From Okamejei kenojei (lineage: Eukaryota): DNA of 64,000 nucleotides. This document shows, piece by piece, positions 55,601 through 63,945 of this stretch. The DNA lies in NCBI GenBank assembly GCA_035221665.1, contig CM069163.1:13454001-13518000 (forward strand). Reading direction: 5' to 3'. The position numbers and the translations under genes are program-made. Positions within the stretch are counted from its first letter, which is position 1. Every line of letters begins with the position of its first letter. The notes beneath the pieces are model-generated. The model was not told the origin of the DNA, did not search any database, and worked only from the letters and a program-made list of their open reading frames with translations.

Positions 55601-58600
55601 GAATCAGCATATCTTTAAATCTCAGGATATGTGATTAATTGAAATTAAGGTATTTGCTACTTTTGTGAAAAATAGTGACGGATCCTCATTTGAGTCTCTG
55701 CAGTCTGAAATATTGTAACAACTTTCATGTTTTCATGGTTTAATATAAATATTGTTGGTGACACTCCAAAGTCAATGCAGGTTTGTAGGTTAATTGGCTT
55801 GGTATAAGTGTAAATTGTCCCTAGTGTGTGTAGGACGATGTTGGTGTGCGGGGATCACTGGCCGGTGCAGAATCGGTGGGCCGAAGGGCCTGTTTCCGCG
55901 CTGTATCTCTAAACTAAACGGAGCAGATTGTTTTGCTGAAAAAGTAATTGAATATTATTTGTCATAAAGACTGCTGACCTCTTTTGCAGGCTGGTGCTAA
56001 CCTAGATACCTGTGATGATGATCAGAGAACGCCACTGATGGAAGCAGCTGAGAACAACCAGCTTGAGGCAGTAAAATACCTCTTGAAGGCTGGTGCACTG
56101 GGAGATCATAAGGTTAGAATGACATGTAGCAAGTCAAACGCTTGCAGCATCAATTCCCATGTAGATTATATTTTGTTTATTTCCTCAAGTTGGGAATTTC
56201 GTCATTGCCCTTTTGCCTGTACTGTAGGATGAAGTGTTAAAAGATAGGATGGAAATCTTTTTCATGGATGAAAAGGCCTCGAGAAATTAGTCTGGAAAGC
56301 TTTCTTCCACACTTTATGGGTGCAGGTTTCCAAATGTACCATCCATAATTATTTTAAATCGCCATCTGAAAGGCCAGGAGATATTTATTGATGATGACAG
56401 ATATATTTATAGTTTGATAAGGGGATTGGAGTTGAAGGCATTGTATTTCTTCTTGATGGTTGAAATTGGCACTGGGTGCAAAACAGTGTTTGACTTTCTA
56501 GTAATTCCAAATTTCAGTTTACCTTTTATGAAAAGACACGTTATCTATAAATTACGAGCCTACCTAGTTCTCTGACACACTATCCCAATATCTAAATCAT
56601 TCTGGTTTTGTCCTCCCTGTATGCTCACTTGTGATGATACCATTCTGTGTATTTTTTCATGGAGTGATTTCAAGTATTGATTATAATTAAATTACCAGCA
56701 AGTAATTACATCATTAATCATCTCTTCAATACAGAGTTGTATCATGAATATAGTAGTACAGCTATTTTATGTATATTTGTGTCTGAAAAAAAAAAAGAAA
56801 AATAGCAAAATTGTAACTCCAAAGCACCTTCTTCTTCTTGTGTATGGCGTGCACAGCCTAAAGTTGTAGGACAACTTGTTCTATTTGATATTATTTGATT
56901 GTGCACGCCGGGTTAATTGCATTCGTTGAAACCGGGTGGACCACGTGAAGGTTGGAATCTCCCACCCCCCCCCACCCAAAGCACCTCAGAACATGCTATA
57001 CGAAAAGGAATAATTTCAAAACCTGAGCTTTGTCATTGTGACATGATGCCATTGCTGCATATCAGTGCTTCAGAATGTTCATAACAGTGCAATTAATCAC
57101 ACTATGTCCCTTTGGACTCTAATTGGCATTTTAGCAAATTGTACAACGGTAATTGGTGAATCGGCAGGAGACAGTTCATAGAAATCTGTACACTGTGACA
57201 ATGGGGGAACTATGCTTTGTTATTCCACGTAATGCCATTACCTCTTGGTATCTTGAATGTAAAAGATTAATATTTGGCAAAGTTTATAAATGTCTTTTAA
57301 GTTTCAGACTGATATGATTTATGGAGTTCTGTTCTCAATTGGAGAAAACAAAATAGAAAATTATTCCGGTGATTATTTTGTTAACAAAATGAGAAAGCTG
57401 CATTTACAAATATAATATGATATAAGTAATGACCATACAACTTTTGGAACGCCAGAAATGCTGAAGGGTGGGATGGAAAACTCCAACAATATATCAAGGA
57501 TGGATAAAAAGCTCAGAATGGATTATGTTAGAATTCACATAATTAACACATTAGAATTATGAAATGTAATATTTGTGTGAGCGATACTGCAAAACCTGAT
57601 TGCATTTTAGACAGCGAGCTTTGCTTTCACACAGCCTTGATACAAATGTACAAACAAATTTGTCAAGATTAAGCCCCAGTTTCAGAATGAACGACTCCCA
57701 ACATCTCTATTTTGTTTGGCTGAGAGCTTGTTGAACCAAGGAAGCTTGTGCTTTGGACTCAAGTACATTGGCAACACATTTAGACTCTCTAAACTTATAT
57801 TCATTATAACTCTTAGAATAAGTTGGAAAATAAACTGATAATGTTGATTTGGATTATATTTAAGTGCAATATCTGTTAGAAGCACCTATCCGCTGCACCA
57901 CATTATTCTTTGACATTTAATTTTTAATTAAAATATTTTCAATATAGAGATTAATTTAAAATCATGATGTATTGAAAGACTAGATTCTTGATTGACAGTC
58001 TTTGTCAATTGAAGCAAATTGGAGAGTAAATGTTTTTTTGTTAGAAACAATAAAATTATTTGTAGGCATGTTGAAACTGCCTCCTTTTTATTTAATCTTT
58101 AATACCCTGGCAATATTTATTTCACAGCAAAATGAACAAATCATAAAAATAAAACATTTTGTGCTAGTTGTGTGGAGTTTATAGCCTAGAGCTGGTCCTT
58201 TCTTTCTGGCAATGGTTTTGTGTTGGAAAACATTTCTTAAATATGAACATTCTAATTTGATTTCTTCTTCTTTCGTGTGGCGTGCACAACCTAAAGTTGT
58301 TGGACAACTTGTTCTATTTGATCTTCCATTTGTGCACGTCGAGTTGATTACATTAGTCGAAGCGGGGCGGACCACGTGGAGGTTGCAATCTTCCACCCCC
58401 TAATTTGATTTGAATTTCAGTAATAACTAACTCTGCATCCATTGATTATTGGGTAACATCTCATAAATATGTCAGATTTATATGGAACTCTGCAATTCAA
58501 AGTTTCACTCCAGAAAGATCTTGTTCTCTCCTGATCATATATTAGATCAGAATTAGGACATTGAAACTCCAGTCCTATGTATTTTAGTGCATATCTTTGC

Positions 58601-61600
58601 TTAACATCAATAATATCGGTTACATTCTTTTTTTTTAATAGGATGTTGAAGGTTCAATTTGCCTTCATCTGGCAGCTAAGAAGGGACATTATGATGTTGT
58701 TGCACATCTTCTGTCCACGGGATTAATAGATGTAAACTGTCAGGTGAGTCAAACATCTATCTAAGTTACAAAAGCTAATGTAATATCTTTGACTTAACTA
58801 TCCACTCTTGAGTGTGTGTTTAATCTAATTGGGTGCACTTGTGGAGGTTTTGCACATCACCAGCCACTTCAAAACATCATGCCTCTCTCCCACCATTGCT
58901 CCAACCTTCAGATGCGTTGCCTTTCTGTGCCAAATGTAATGGGGGAACAGGATCTGCCATCTAATTTGATTTACCTCGACGGACAATTGAGGCTGTTTTT
59001 CCTGCATCTTGAATGCTTAATTTAACAGTTCAGAGAAGTGGGATAAAACATTAAGAATTTGCTTTAACGTCTCTGATTTTGTGAGTCCATGACAAGTCTA
59101 ACGAGTTTTCCCATGCAGCAAATTATGTTTTAATTTCTTGGCTGAAGGAGATAAAAATATTATGAATAAGTTATTGATTTCAATCCAGTGACCCCATCCA
59201 GGAAATACTGTTGATTAGTGAGTGAATGACAGGTGTAAAAGTCCAGGAAGCTTTTATTTTTGTAAAGTTTAGGTACTAATGTTTAATCTACTACCGTGTT
59301 ATTTTGGCTAAATGTGATGATCATTTTAGCTAAATTGTGTTAATATAACTGCCACTTGAAATGTGAAATAAAAACAGGAAATGCTGGATATACTCATCAG
59401 GTCATGGAATTCTTTCCTCATTCTTTTTCCTATGTTCTTGTTTCATTTGTGAGTTTTCTTATACCATTTGTATCCTTTGAACAGGATGATGGTGGTTGGA
59501 CGTCCATGATTTGGGCCACAGAGTATAAGCATATAGATATTGTAAAGCTGCTACTGTCAAAAGGAGCTGATATTAACATTAGGGACAATGTAAGTTACTT
59601 AATATCTTAAGCATAAAGAAACTTATTGGTATGAATTTGGAAAAATACTGGTTTAACAATGGAAATTTATGAATGAAAGATTTTGTAATGTGTTGTTTTC
59701 TAGTTACATTTTGTCCTAATTTGCTAGTTAAAAGTTGCACAAGAGAAGAAAACTAAATTAAAATATATGATTGGTATCCTGATCTCTGGTCACAGTGATG
59801 ACTTTTGCTGGGACCGAAAGCAGTTAACAGAGATCTTTAAACAAATAGACACGTATAGATTTGATTACCACAATAGATTTGTTACAGTTTGACACGGGTT
59901 GATAGAATGTAGCCTGTCTTTTTTTAATTGTAATGAATCCATTAGAATCGCCTATCAATGCAAAGTTTGTAGATGTGGATGATTACTACATATTGTTGCT
60001 AAATTGACACTAAAATAAATAAGGCTGGAGATGTTGGGTTCCTTAAATGTTGTTCTTGAGGCATATTGGATCAAATGAGGACAGATTTATTGTGTATTAG
60101 TTCATTTTGTTTGGTCATATACTCTGCTGCTGAGAATTGTATTGTTGTAGTAGGATCACTTTCCTTGTTGCTGGTTGTCAATATAAAGCAGTTTGCATGA
60201 TTTAGTAAATGATATAAGTAGCAATAACGTCATTTTGAACATTTTTCATCATTAGCATTTAGGCACAGAGGGTGAAACAAATCGCAATGGCTTTTAAAAA
60301 TCTAGAGCTATACCAATTGAGGCTGAAATGCATCATAATATAGTTTTTTTCAAATGTTTGAATGTGATTCCTAATCAAATACTTCATACTCAAAATACTC
60401 GAGCCTGTAATGAATTATTTAATTTACATCAAATTCAACTATGTAGCTATGAGTCTTCTTCATTTAGAAATCTATAGCCTGCAATTGTTGCTTAACGATA
60501 ACTTTACTTGATTTATTTAACTTCAGAGATGGGTTTCATTACTTTTAATAAAACAAGTGCCTTATTGGCCTTTCACTCATGACCATGCTATTATGAATGT
60601 TGACATTGCAGTCCTTAATTACAATTTTCAATTTGGTAGCTGTAGGAACACTTCAGGACTTTTTGCCAAAAGTTGTAAAATAATTAAATCTGTGATGTTT
60701 TTGACTAACTGAAATTGGACAGAATTTAAAGTGCTTTCTTCCTATTTTCATTGCTCAGGAAGAGAATATTTGTTTGCATTGGGCAGCTTTCTCAGGGTGT
60801 GTGGATATTGCTGAGATATTCTTGAATGCAAGAAGTGATCTCACTGCAGTGAATATGCACGGCGACTCTCCTCTACATATCGCATCAAGGGAAAATCATT
60901 ATGAATGTGTAGTGTAAGTATGGCGTTAAATGCTTATATGTGTTACTGCTGGTTAAGTTATGTCCTTATAAAGTCCAAACTTGATCATTTTGACTAATTC
61001 ACAAATTAAATGTCCATATTAGAAAAATGCTATGTTATGTTGCTTCCTATAGATAACAGGCCTATCTAGCAACACGCCCTCTCCTGAGCAAGCACTGAGC
61101 TGCCCACACTCATAACATATATAACTGCAGTATTCTGAATGGGAGAGAAACCAACAAAGTTGTCAATGGTTGGCATGAACCTTTATGATAGACAACAAAT
61201 AATTTCCCATATTTTGTGAGTGTTTTTCATTATCAATAGATAGGCCCTACAATAATATTATGTAGATAGACACAAAATGCTGGAGTAACTCAACGAGACA
61301 GGCAGCATCTCTGGAGCAAAGGGATGGGTGACGTTTCGTGTGTCGAGACCCTTTACGTCACCCATTCCTTCTCTCCAGAAATGCTGCCTGTCCCTGTGAG
61401 TTACTCCAACATTTTGTGTCTACCTTCGATTTAAACCAGCATCTGCAGTTTTTTCCTACAATAATATTATGCATCATTACTTTGATTACAGACAGAGTCA
61501 GATAAGCTGCAGGCTTCTGGATAATAATATGTGATCACAATTGGTTTTTGAAATGAAACCGATTTTTATACACAGCTAGTGGTATTTCATTTCCTTCATT

Positions 61601-62888
61601 AATTCTTATCCAGATATGTTTAATTATTTGCATTATTTTGTATTTAATGTTTCTTTTTGAAATTTTCTTCATCTTGTAACTAATGCCTTTTGGAAAAAAC
61701 ACAATCAATCAAACATGACTTCTACAAACTTAAGACCAGATTAATTTTCATCTTTAATCTACAATTTGTCAGCAGTAATTTCATGTAGCCTTGACGTAGC
61801 CTTTGTTAAAAAAATTCATTACAACTTCAAATTTTCTGCTTTTAGTTTAGAGATGCAGCGCGGAAACAGGCCCTTCGGCCCATCAGGTCTGCACATACCA
61901 GTGATCCCCATACACTGGCACTATCCAACACACTAGGGACAATTTACAATCTGTTCCGAAGCCAATTAACCTATAAATCTGTATGTCTTTGGTGGGAGGA
62001 AACCGGAGCAGCCAGAGAAAACCCACATGGTCACGGGGAGAACATACAAACTCCGTACAGACAGCACCCGTAGTCACGGTCGAACCTGGATCTCTGGTGC
62101 TGTAAGGCAGCGACTTTATCGCTGCGCCACCAAATTATTTGTTTTATTTTCCTTTTTCTTCGATCAGAGGTTTTTCTGGTATCTCTGCTGTAATATCCCA
62201 ATGGCTAGCTGATGTGCTTAACCCTCTGTGTGTGCTCACTCTTGTTGATTGTTGTCTGTTACACGGTGCAAGGTTATCTCTTTTCAATGGTCTTTTGAAA
62301 ACATAAGCTGTTTTCTTAAAATAATCTCTGATGGCTGTAGGGAAAAATAGAAGTTGTTATGTAAGAATAACACCAAGCCCCATTCATCACCCAAATGACT
62401 GTTTTATAATTTTATGGTGCCTCGTGCAGACAAAACTCCAGTTTGCAAGCCTACTAAATATCATGGAGAGTTTTGCCAGTTTTTCTAAACTGATAAAATG
62501 GCTCAATTTTGTTCAACGCAACAGGTGATGTGGGTAACTAAATTCAGAGTCGTACAGTTTATAAACTGATTTATAGTCAGATTTTGTGGGAGCTCTTGCA
62601 GATCAACACAGATTATAAAAGAAATGGCCATGAAAATTAAAATATATGATAACAATTGCAATGGAAATGTATTTCAAGGGTAGAGTGGCACTGAATCTGC
62701 TTGTAATTGTACACATTTAGGCTTTTTCTTTCACGTGGTGCTGATGTTAACATTAAAAACAAGGAAGGTGAGACTCCACTTGAATGTTCAAGCTTGAATT
62801 CGCAAGTCTGGGTTGCACTGCAGATGAACAAAAAACTGAAACAAGCATCAGCTAACAAGATTGCCCAGGCTGAGAAGCTGGTTAGTAG
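26466..62888 (+). CDS. EHMT1: EHMT1/GLP histone-lysine N-methyltransferase, partial gene model (exons 2-20; exon 1 upstream and SET-domain exons downstream of window)
   Basis: 19 exons splice into one open frame (3074 nt). Peptides match GLP as I recall it: [56 protein letters not shown], ankyrin repeats. The MGTYSL and DSPWI segments and the large introns favour EHMT1 over EHMT2. Confidence 0.96.
27376..27992 (+). CDS. EHMT1: EHMT1 exon 3 (ADGETNGSC...HAAKTLP...[10 protein letters not shown])
   Basis: tacag| acceptor, CAG|gtaaga donor; lies within ORF 27333-28064; contains the histone-mimic ARKT motif at 27957-27968. Confidence 0.95.
28605..29745. mobile_element. Composite of CR1 fragments (minus-strand 3' end, plus-strand endonuclease part, plus-strand 3' part)
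   Basis: [12 protein letters not shown] and G.YYR remnants at 28800-28940; degenerate C-terminal segment at 29200-29560. Confidence 0.65.
30932..32048 (+). mobile_element. Rex1/Babar-clade LINE RT remnant
   Basis: [39 protein letters not shown] and LQRVV remnants; (AATCTG)n tail. Confidence 0.75.
32510..32667. other. Assembly gap (158 N)
   Basis: Run of N in intron 3. Confidence 1.
33768..33911 (-). mobile_element. Short non-autonomous retroelement with 5' HDV-like ribozyme and (GAA)n tail, copy A
   Basis: 11-bp TSD gacatgtgggt (33757-33767 / 33912-33922); inserted inside an older tRNA SINE; same family as copies B and C. Confidence 0.9.
33858..33911 (-). ncRNA. Minimal HDV/CPEB3-like ribozyme (predicted), copy A
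   Basis: GGGGUGG-AA-GAUUGCA-ACC-UUCACGU-GGU-CCACACU-G-UUUUGA-CGAA-UGUAGUC. P1 has G1.U and one mismatch; P2 is fully paired with 2 G.U; P3 is perfect; J4/2 is CGAA. Confidence 0.82.
34540..35950 (+). mobile_element. Degraded CR1 LINE, RT to 3' end
   Basis: [22 protein letters not shown] and [11 protein letters not shown] in the ORF track. Confidence 0.85.
36505..37209 (-). mobile_element. Non-autonomous Helitron-like element, 5' end visible
   Basis: Minus strand begins A|TCTATATTGCTAAAAG; internal minisatellite and duplicated blocks (36598-36670 / 36893-36970). Confidence 0.55.
36686..36815. repeat. 26-bp minisatellite, ~4.5 copies (agcattttcaaagcatccaacacttt)
   Basis: Units start at 36686, 36712, 36738, 36764 and 36790. 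Confidence 0.95.
37378..38087. mobile_element. Non-autonomous DNA transposon (AGGGGCTGTCCCACTG TIR family), complete
   Basis: ~40-bp imperfect TIRs; flanks are readable as a TA or TTAA duplication; superfamily not resolved. Confidence 0.88.
38404..38569 (+). CDS. EHMT1: EHMT1 exon 4 (PPNKDPKEE...[12 protein letters not shown]...LPQNQ...TSKPQS)
   Basis: ttttaaag| acceptor, CAG|gtaata donor, 166 nt, phase 0-1; KDP and LPQNQ motifs match GLP. Confidence 0.88.
39003..39130 (+). CDS. EHMT1: EHMT1 exon 5 ([32 protein letters not shown]...)
   Basis: gacag| acceptor, CAG|gtgggt donor, phase 1-0; basic NLS-like segment. Confidence 0.95.
39664..40332 (-). mobile_element. CR1 LINE 3' end
   Basis: [37 protein letters not shown]; catagaaa repeat tail. 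Confidence 0.92.
41768..41983 (+). CDS. EHMT1: EHMT1 exon 6 (acidic poly-Glu tract)
   Basis: taaag| acceptor, AAA|gtgtgt donor (weak), 216 nt, phase 0-0; VNGE...[18 protein letters not shown]. Confidence 0.85.
42262..42400 (+). mobile_element. Solo Penelope pseudo-LTR unit with minimal hammerhead core
   Basis: 16-bp direct repeat aaacacccttttagta (42246-42261 / 42401-42416); CTGAGGA-AGGG-TTTCGG-CCC-GAAACGTT at 42277-42304. Confidence 0.85.
42701..42790 (+). CDS. EHMT1: EHMT1 exon 7 ([30 protein letters not shown])
   Basis: gcacag| acceptor, |gtgagt donor, 90 nt. Confidence 0.9.
43692..44753 (+). mobile_element. L1/Tx1-like LINE, 5'-truncated (ORF2 C-terminal CCHC domain, 3' UTR, poly-A)
   Basis: Uninterrupted ORF 43735-44418 ([10 protein letters not shown]...CNKC...SC); poly-A tail; 16-bp TSD gaaatggatggcactg (43676-43691 / 44754-44769). 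Confidence 0.92.
44760..45075 (+). mobile_element. tRNA-derived SINE (HE1/V-SINE-like), near full length
   Basis: A-box-like TGACGTAGCG, B-box GGTTCGGTCC (44813); CR1-like 3' end gggccaaagggcctgtttcc; (AAACT)n tail. Confidence 0.85.
45161..45278 (+). CDS. EHMT1: EHMT1 exon 8 ([30 protein letters not shown]...)
   Basis: ttcag| acceptor, AAG|gtaatg donor, phase 0-1. Confidence 0.95.
45623..45730 (+). CDS. EHMT1: EHMT1 exon 9 ([35 protein letters not shown])
   Basis: ttacag| acceptor, CAG|gtaaag donor, 108 nt, symmetric phase 1-1; Y.E...D.LDL motif. Confidence 0.88.
45952..46097 (+). CDS. EHMT1: EHMT1 exon 10 ([13 protein letters not shown]...[11 protein letters not shown])
   Basis: tgcag| acceptor, GAG|gtaagg donor, 146 nt. 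Confidence 0.96.
47258..47565 (+). mobile_element. Older tRNA SINE copy
   Basis: gcagctggtagagccgctg head, ctaattggccgctgtaaattg core, gggccgaagggcctg tail. Confidence 0.7.
47787..47930 (+). CDS. EHMT1: EHMT1 exon 11 (Cys-rich; [35 protein letters not shown])
   Basis: ttccag| acceptor, |gtgagt donor, 144 nt; translated by hand because it is absent from the ORF track. Confidence 0.97.
49201..49424 (+). CDS. EHMT1: EHMT1 exon 12 ([20 protein letters not shown]...YCPHCGE...KADTTS)
   Basis: ttccag| acceptor, AAG|gtgagc donor, phase 0-2. Confidence 0.97.
49644..49701. repeat. (GA)n microsatellite
   Basis: Direct reading. Confidence 0.95.
51020..51208 (+). CDS. EHMT1: EHMT1 exon 13 (...[17 protein letters not shown])
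   Basis: ttgcag| acceptor, GAG|gtaagc donor, 189 nt, phase 2-2. Confidence 0.95.
51810..52490 (+). mobile_element. CR1 LINE 3' end (an inverted CR1 piece lies at ~51450-51600)
   Basis: cagaggcgctttaccagaatgctgcctg; gggctgaagggcccattcctgtgctgtactgttc 3' UTR. Confidence 0.8.
52694..53070. mobile_element. hAT-superfamily MITE
   Basis: Perfect 16-bp TIR CAGGGGTCGGCAACCT / AGGTTGCCGACCCCTG; perfect 8-bp TSD gtatagat (52686-52693 / 53071-53078). Confidence 0.95.
53159..53241 (+). CDS. EHMT1: EHMT1 exon 14 ([27 protein letters not shown])
   Basis: aacag| acceptor, |gtaagt donor, 83 nt. Confidence 0.97.
55387..55493 (+). CDS. EHMT1: EHMT1 exon 15 (ankyrin; DGIDPN...[22 protein letters not shown])
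   Basis: ttctag| acceptor, CAG|gttaaa donor, 107 nt. Confidence 0.97.
55760..55919 (+). mobile_element. SINE 3' half (same family)
   Basis: aggttaattggcttgg...gggccgaagggcctgtttccgcgctgtatctctaaactaaac. Confidence 0.8.
55990..56112 (+). CDS. EHMT1: EHMT1 exon 16 (ankyrin; [23 protein letters not shown]...)
   Basis: ttgcag| acceptor, AAG|gttaga donor, 123 nt. Confidence 0.97.
56830..56975 (-). mobile_element. Short HDV-ribozyme retroelement, copy B
   Basis: 11-bp TSD ccaaagcacct (56819-56829 / 56976-56986); (GAA)n tail; 7 extra G-rich nt 5' of G1. Confidence 0.9.
56915..56968 (-). ncRNA. Minimal HDV/CPEB3-like ribozyme (predicted, degenerate), copy B
   Basis: GGGGUGG-GA-GAUUCCA-ACC-UUCACGU-GGU-CCACCCG-G-UUUCAA-CGAA-UGCAAUU. 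G1 is opposite G and there is a C.C mismatch in P2. Confidence 0.7.
58264..58399 (-). mobile_element. Short HDV-ribozyme retroelement, copy C (variant subfamily)
   Basis: 12-bp TSD ctaatttgattt (58252-58263 / 58400-58411); (GAA)n tail. Confidence 0.9.
58346..58399 (-). ncRNA. Minimal HDV-like ribozyme (predicted; P1, P2 and P3 intact), copy C
   Basis: GGGGUGG-AA-GAUUGCA-ACC-UCCACGU-GGU-CCGCCCC-G-CUUCGA-CUAA-UGUAAUC. P1, P2 and P3 are fully paired; J4/2 is CUAA. Confidence 0.87.
58642..58743 (+). CDS. EHMT1: EHMT1 exon 17 (ankyrin; [20 protein letters not shown]...DVNCQ)
   Basis: aatag| acceptor after a T tract, CAG|gtgagt donor, 102 nt. Confidence 0.97.
59485..59589 (+). CDS. EHMT1: EHMT1 exon 18 (ankyrin methyl-lysine cage; [16 protein letters not shown]...INIRDN)
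   Basis: aacag| acceptor, |gtaagt donor, 105 nt. Confidence 0.97.
60759..60913 (+). CDS. EHMT1: EHMT1 exon 19 (ankyrin; [13 protein letters not shown]...[18 protein letters not shown])
   Basis: ctcag| acceptor, |gtaagt donor, 155 nt. Confidence 0.97.
61263..61454. mobile_element. Fold-back (inverted) Penelope pseudo-LTR mini-insertion
   Basis: ~70-bp inverted arms; 17-bp direct repeat cctacaataatattatg (61246-61262 / 61455-61471). Confidence 0.85.
61840..62131 (-). mobile_element. tRNA-derived SINE (same family)
   Basis: Reverse complement starts GGTGGCGCAGCG...GGTTCGACC; tttagtttag tail. Confidence 0.85.
62721..62888 (+). CDS. EHMT1: EHMT1 exon 20 ([30 protein letters not shown]...EKLVS)
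   Basis: tttag| acceptor, TAG|gtatgg donor, 168 nt, phase 2-2. Confidence 0.97.
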
Positions 62889-63149
62889 GTATGGCATAAA
62901 ATATTTCCCTTGCTTTCTGCTTTTTCATTAAATGTTTTAACTTAAATATATTTGATTTTCCTATTTGAAACACCCCTGGAGTACTGGAGTAACTCAGCAG
63001 GTTAGACAGCATCTCTGGAGGACATGGATTGGTAACATTTCAAGTCCGGCACTTCTTCGGACTGATTGTTGTCGGGGGGGGAGTGATGTTTGGATGGGGC
63101 AAAGCCAGTCAAGTGCAGTTGTGGTTGCTTAGCTGTGGGAAGGATTAAG

Positions 63150-63945
63150 TTGGAATTAAACTGGAAAGGGTGCAAAAAAGATTTGTGAGGATGTTACTAG
63201 AACCGGAGGATTTGAGTTGTAAGTAGATGCTGGATAAGTTGGGACATTTTCCACTGGTGCCTAAAGGGCCTGTCCCACTGTACGAGGTAATTCAAGAGTT
63301 CTCCCGAGTTTTTCCCGATTGGAACTCGGAGAATGTCCGTAGCGGGTCCGTAGGGGTTCGTGGATGTCTCGTAGCGGCTCGTAATGCTAACGGTAGATAC
63401 TTGGGAAATCCGGTAAACGCGTGACGTTTTTACATCCCTGCAAAAAATGTGCACGAGTAAAAAATACTCGTGATGAAAAAAATTGTTACTTTTTACTCGT
63501 GGGAGCATCCACGAACTCCTACAGACATTCTCCGAGTTCGAATCTGGGGAAAACACGGGAGACCTCTTGAATTACCTCATACAGTGGGACAGGCCCTTTA
63601 GAGAGGTGTATAAAATCTTGAGAGGCGTTTCCGGTAGATAAGGTAAAGTATCATAGTCTTTTATCCAGGATAGGGGAATTTAAAACTAGAGGGCAGAGAT
63701 TTGGGTGAGAGGAGCAATATTTAATAAGAACTTGAGGGGCAACTTCATACAGATGGTGGTGGGTATAGGGAGCATGCTGCAGAATAAGCTAAAGAGGCAG
63801 GTACAAATACAAAATTTTAAAAACATTTGAATGGGAACATGGATAGAAAATGTTTAGAGGGATATTGACTTGCTCAGATAGACATTTTGTTCAGCATGAT
63901 CGAGGTGGGCTGGACAGCCTGTTTCCATGCTGCATAACTATGACT
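63150..63945 (+). mobile_element. CR1 3' fragment interrupted by a MITE
   Basis: ctggaaagggtgcaaaaaagattt...aaaactagagggc...cctgtttccatgctg. Confidence 0.75.
63264..63598. mobile_element. MITE (AAGGGCCTGTCCCACTGTA TIR), complete; a left-end fragment of the same family is at 45384-45423
   Basis: Long TIRs aagggcctgtcccactgtacgaggtaattcaagag / ctcttgaattacctcatacagtgggacaggccctt, TA on both flanks. Confidence 0.9.

Noticed and set aside
58855-59030. Possible old Penelope GIY-YIG remnant
   Set aside because: Only scattered residues match; too degenerate to call.
26466-62888. EHMT2 (G9a) as the gene identity
   Set aside because: N-terminal and ankyrin peptides ([29 protein letters not shown]) and large introns fit EHMT1.
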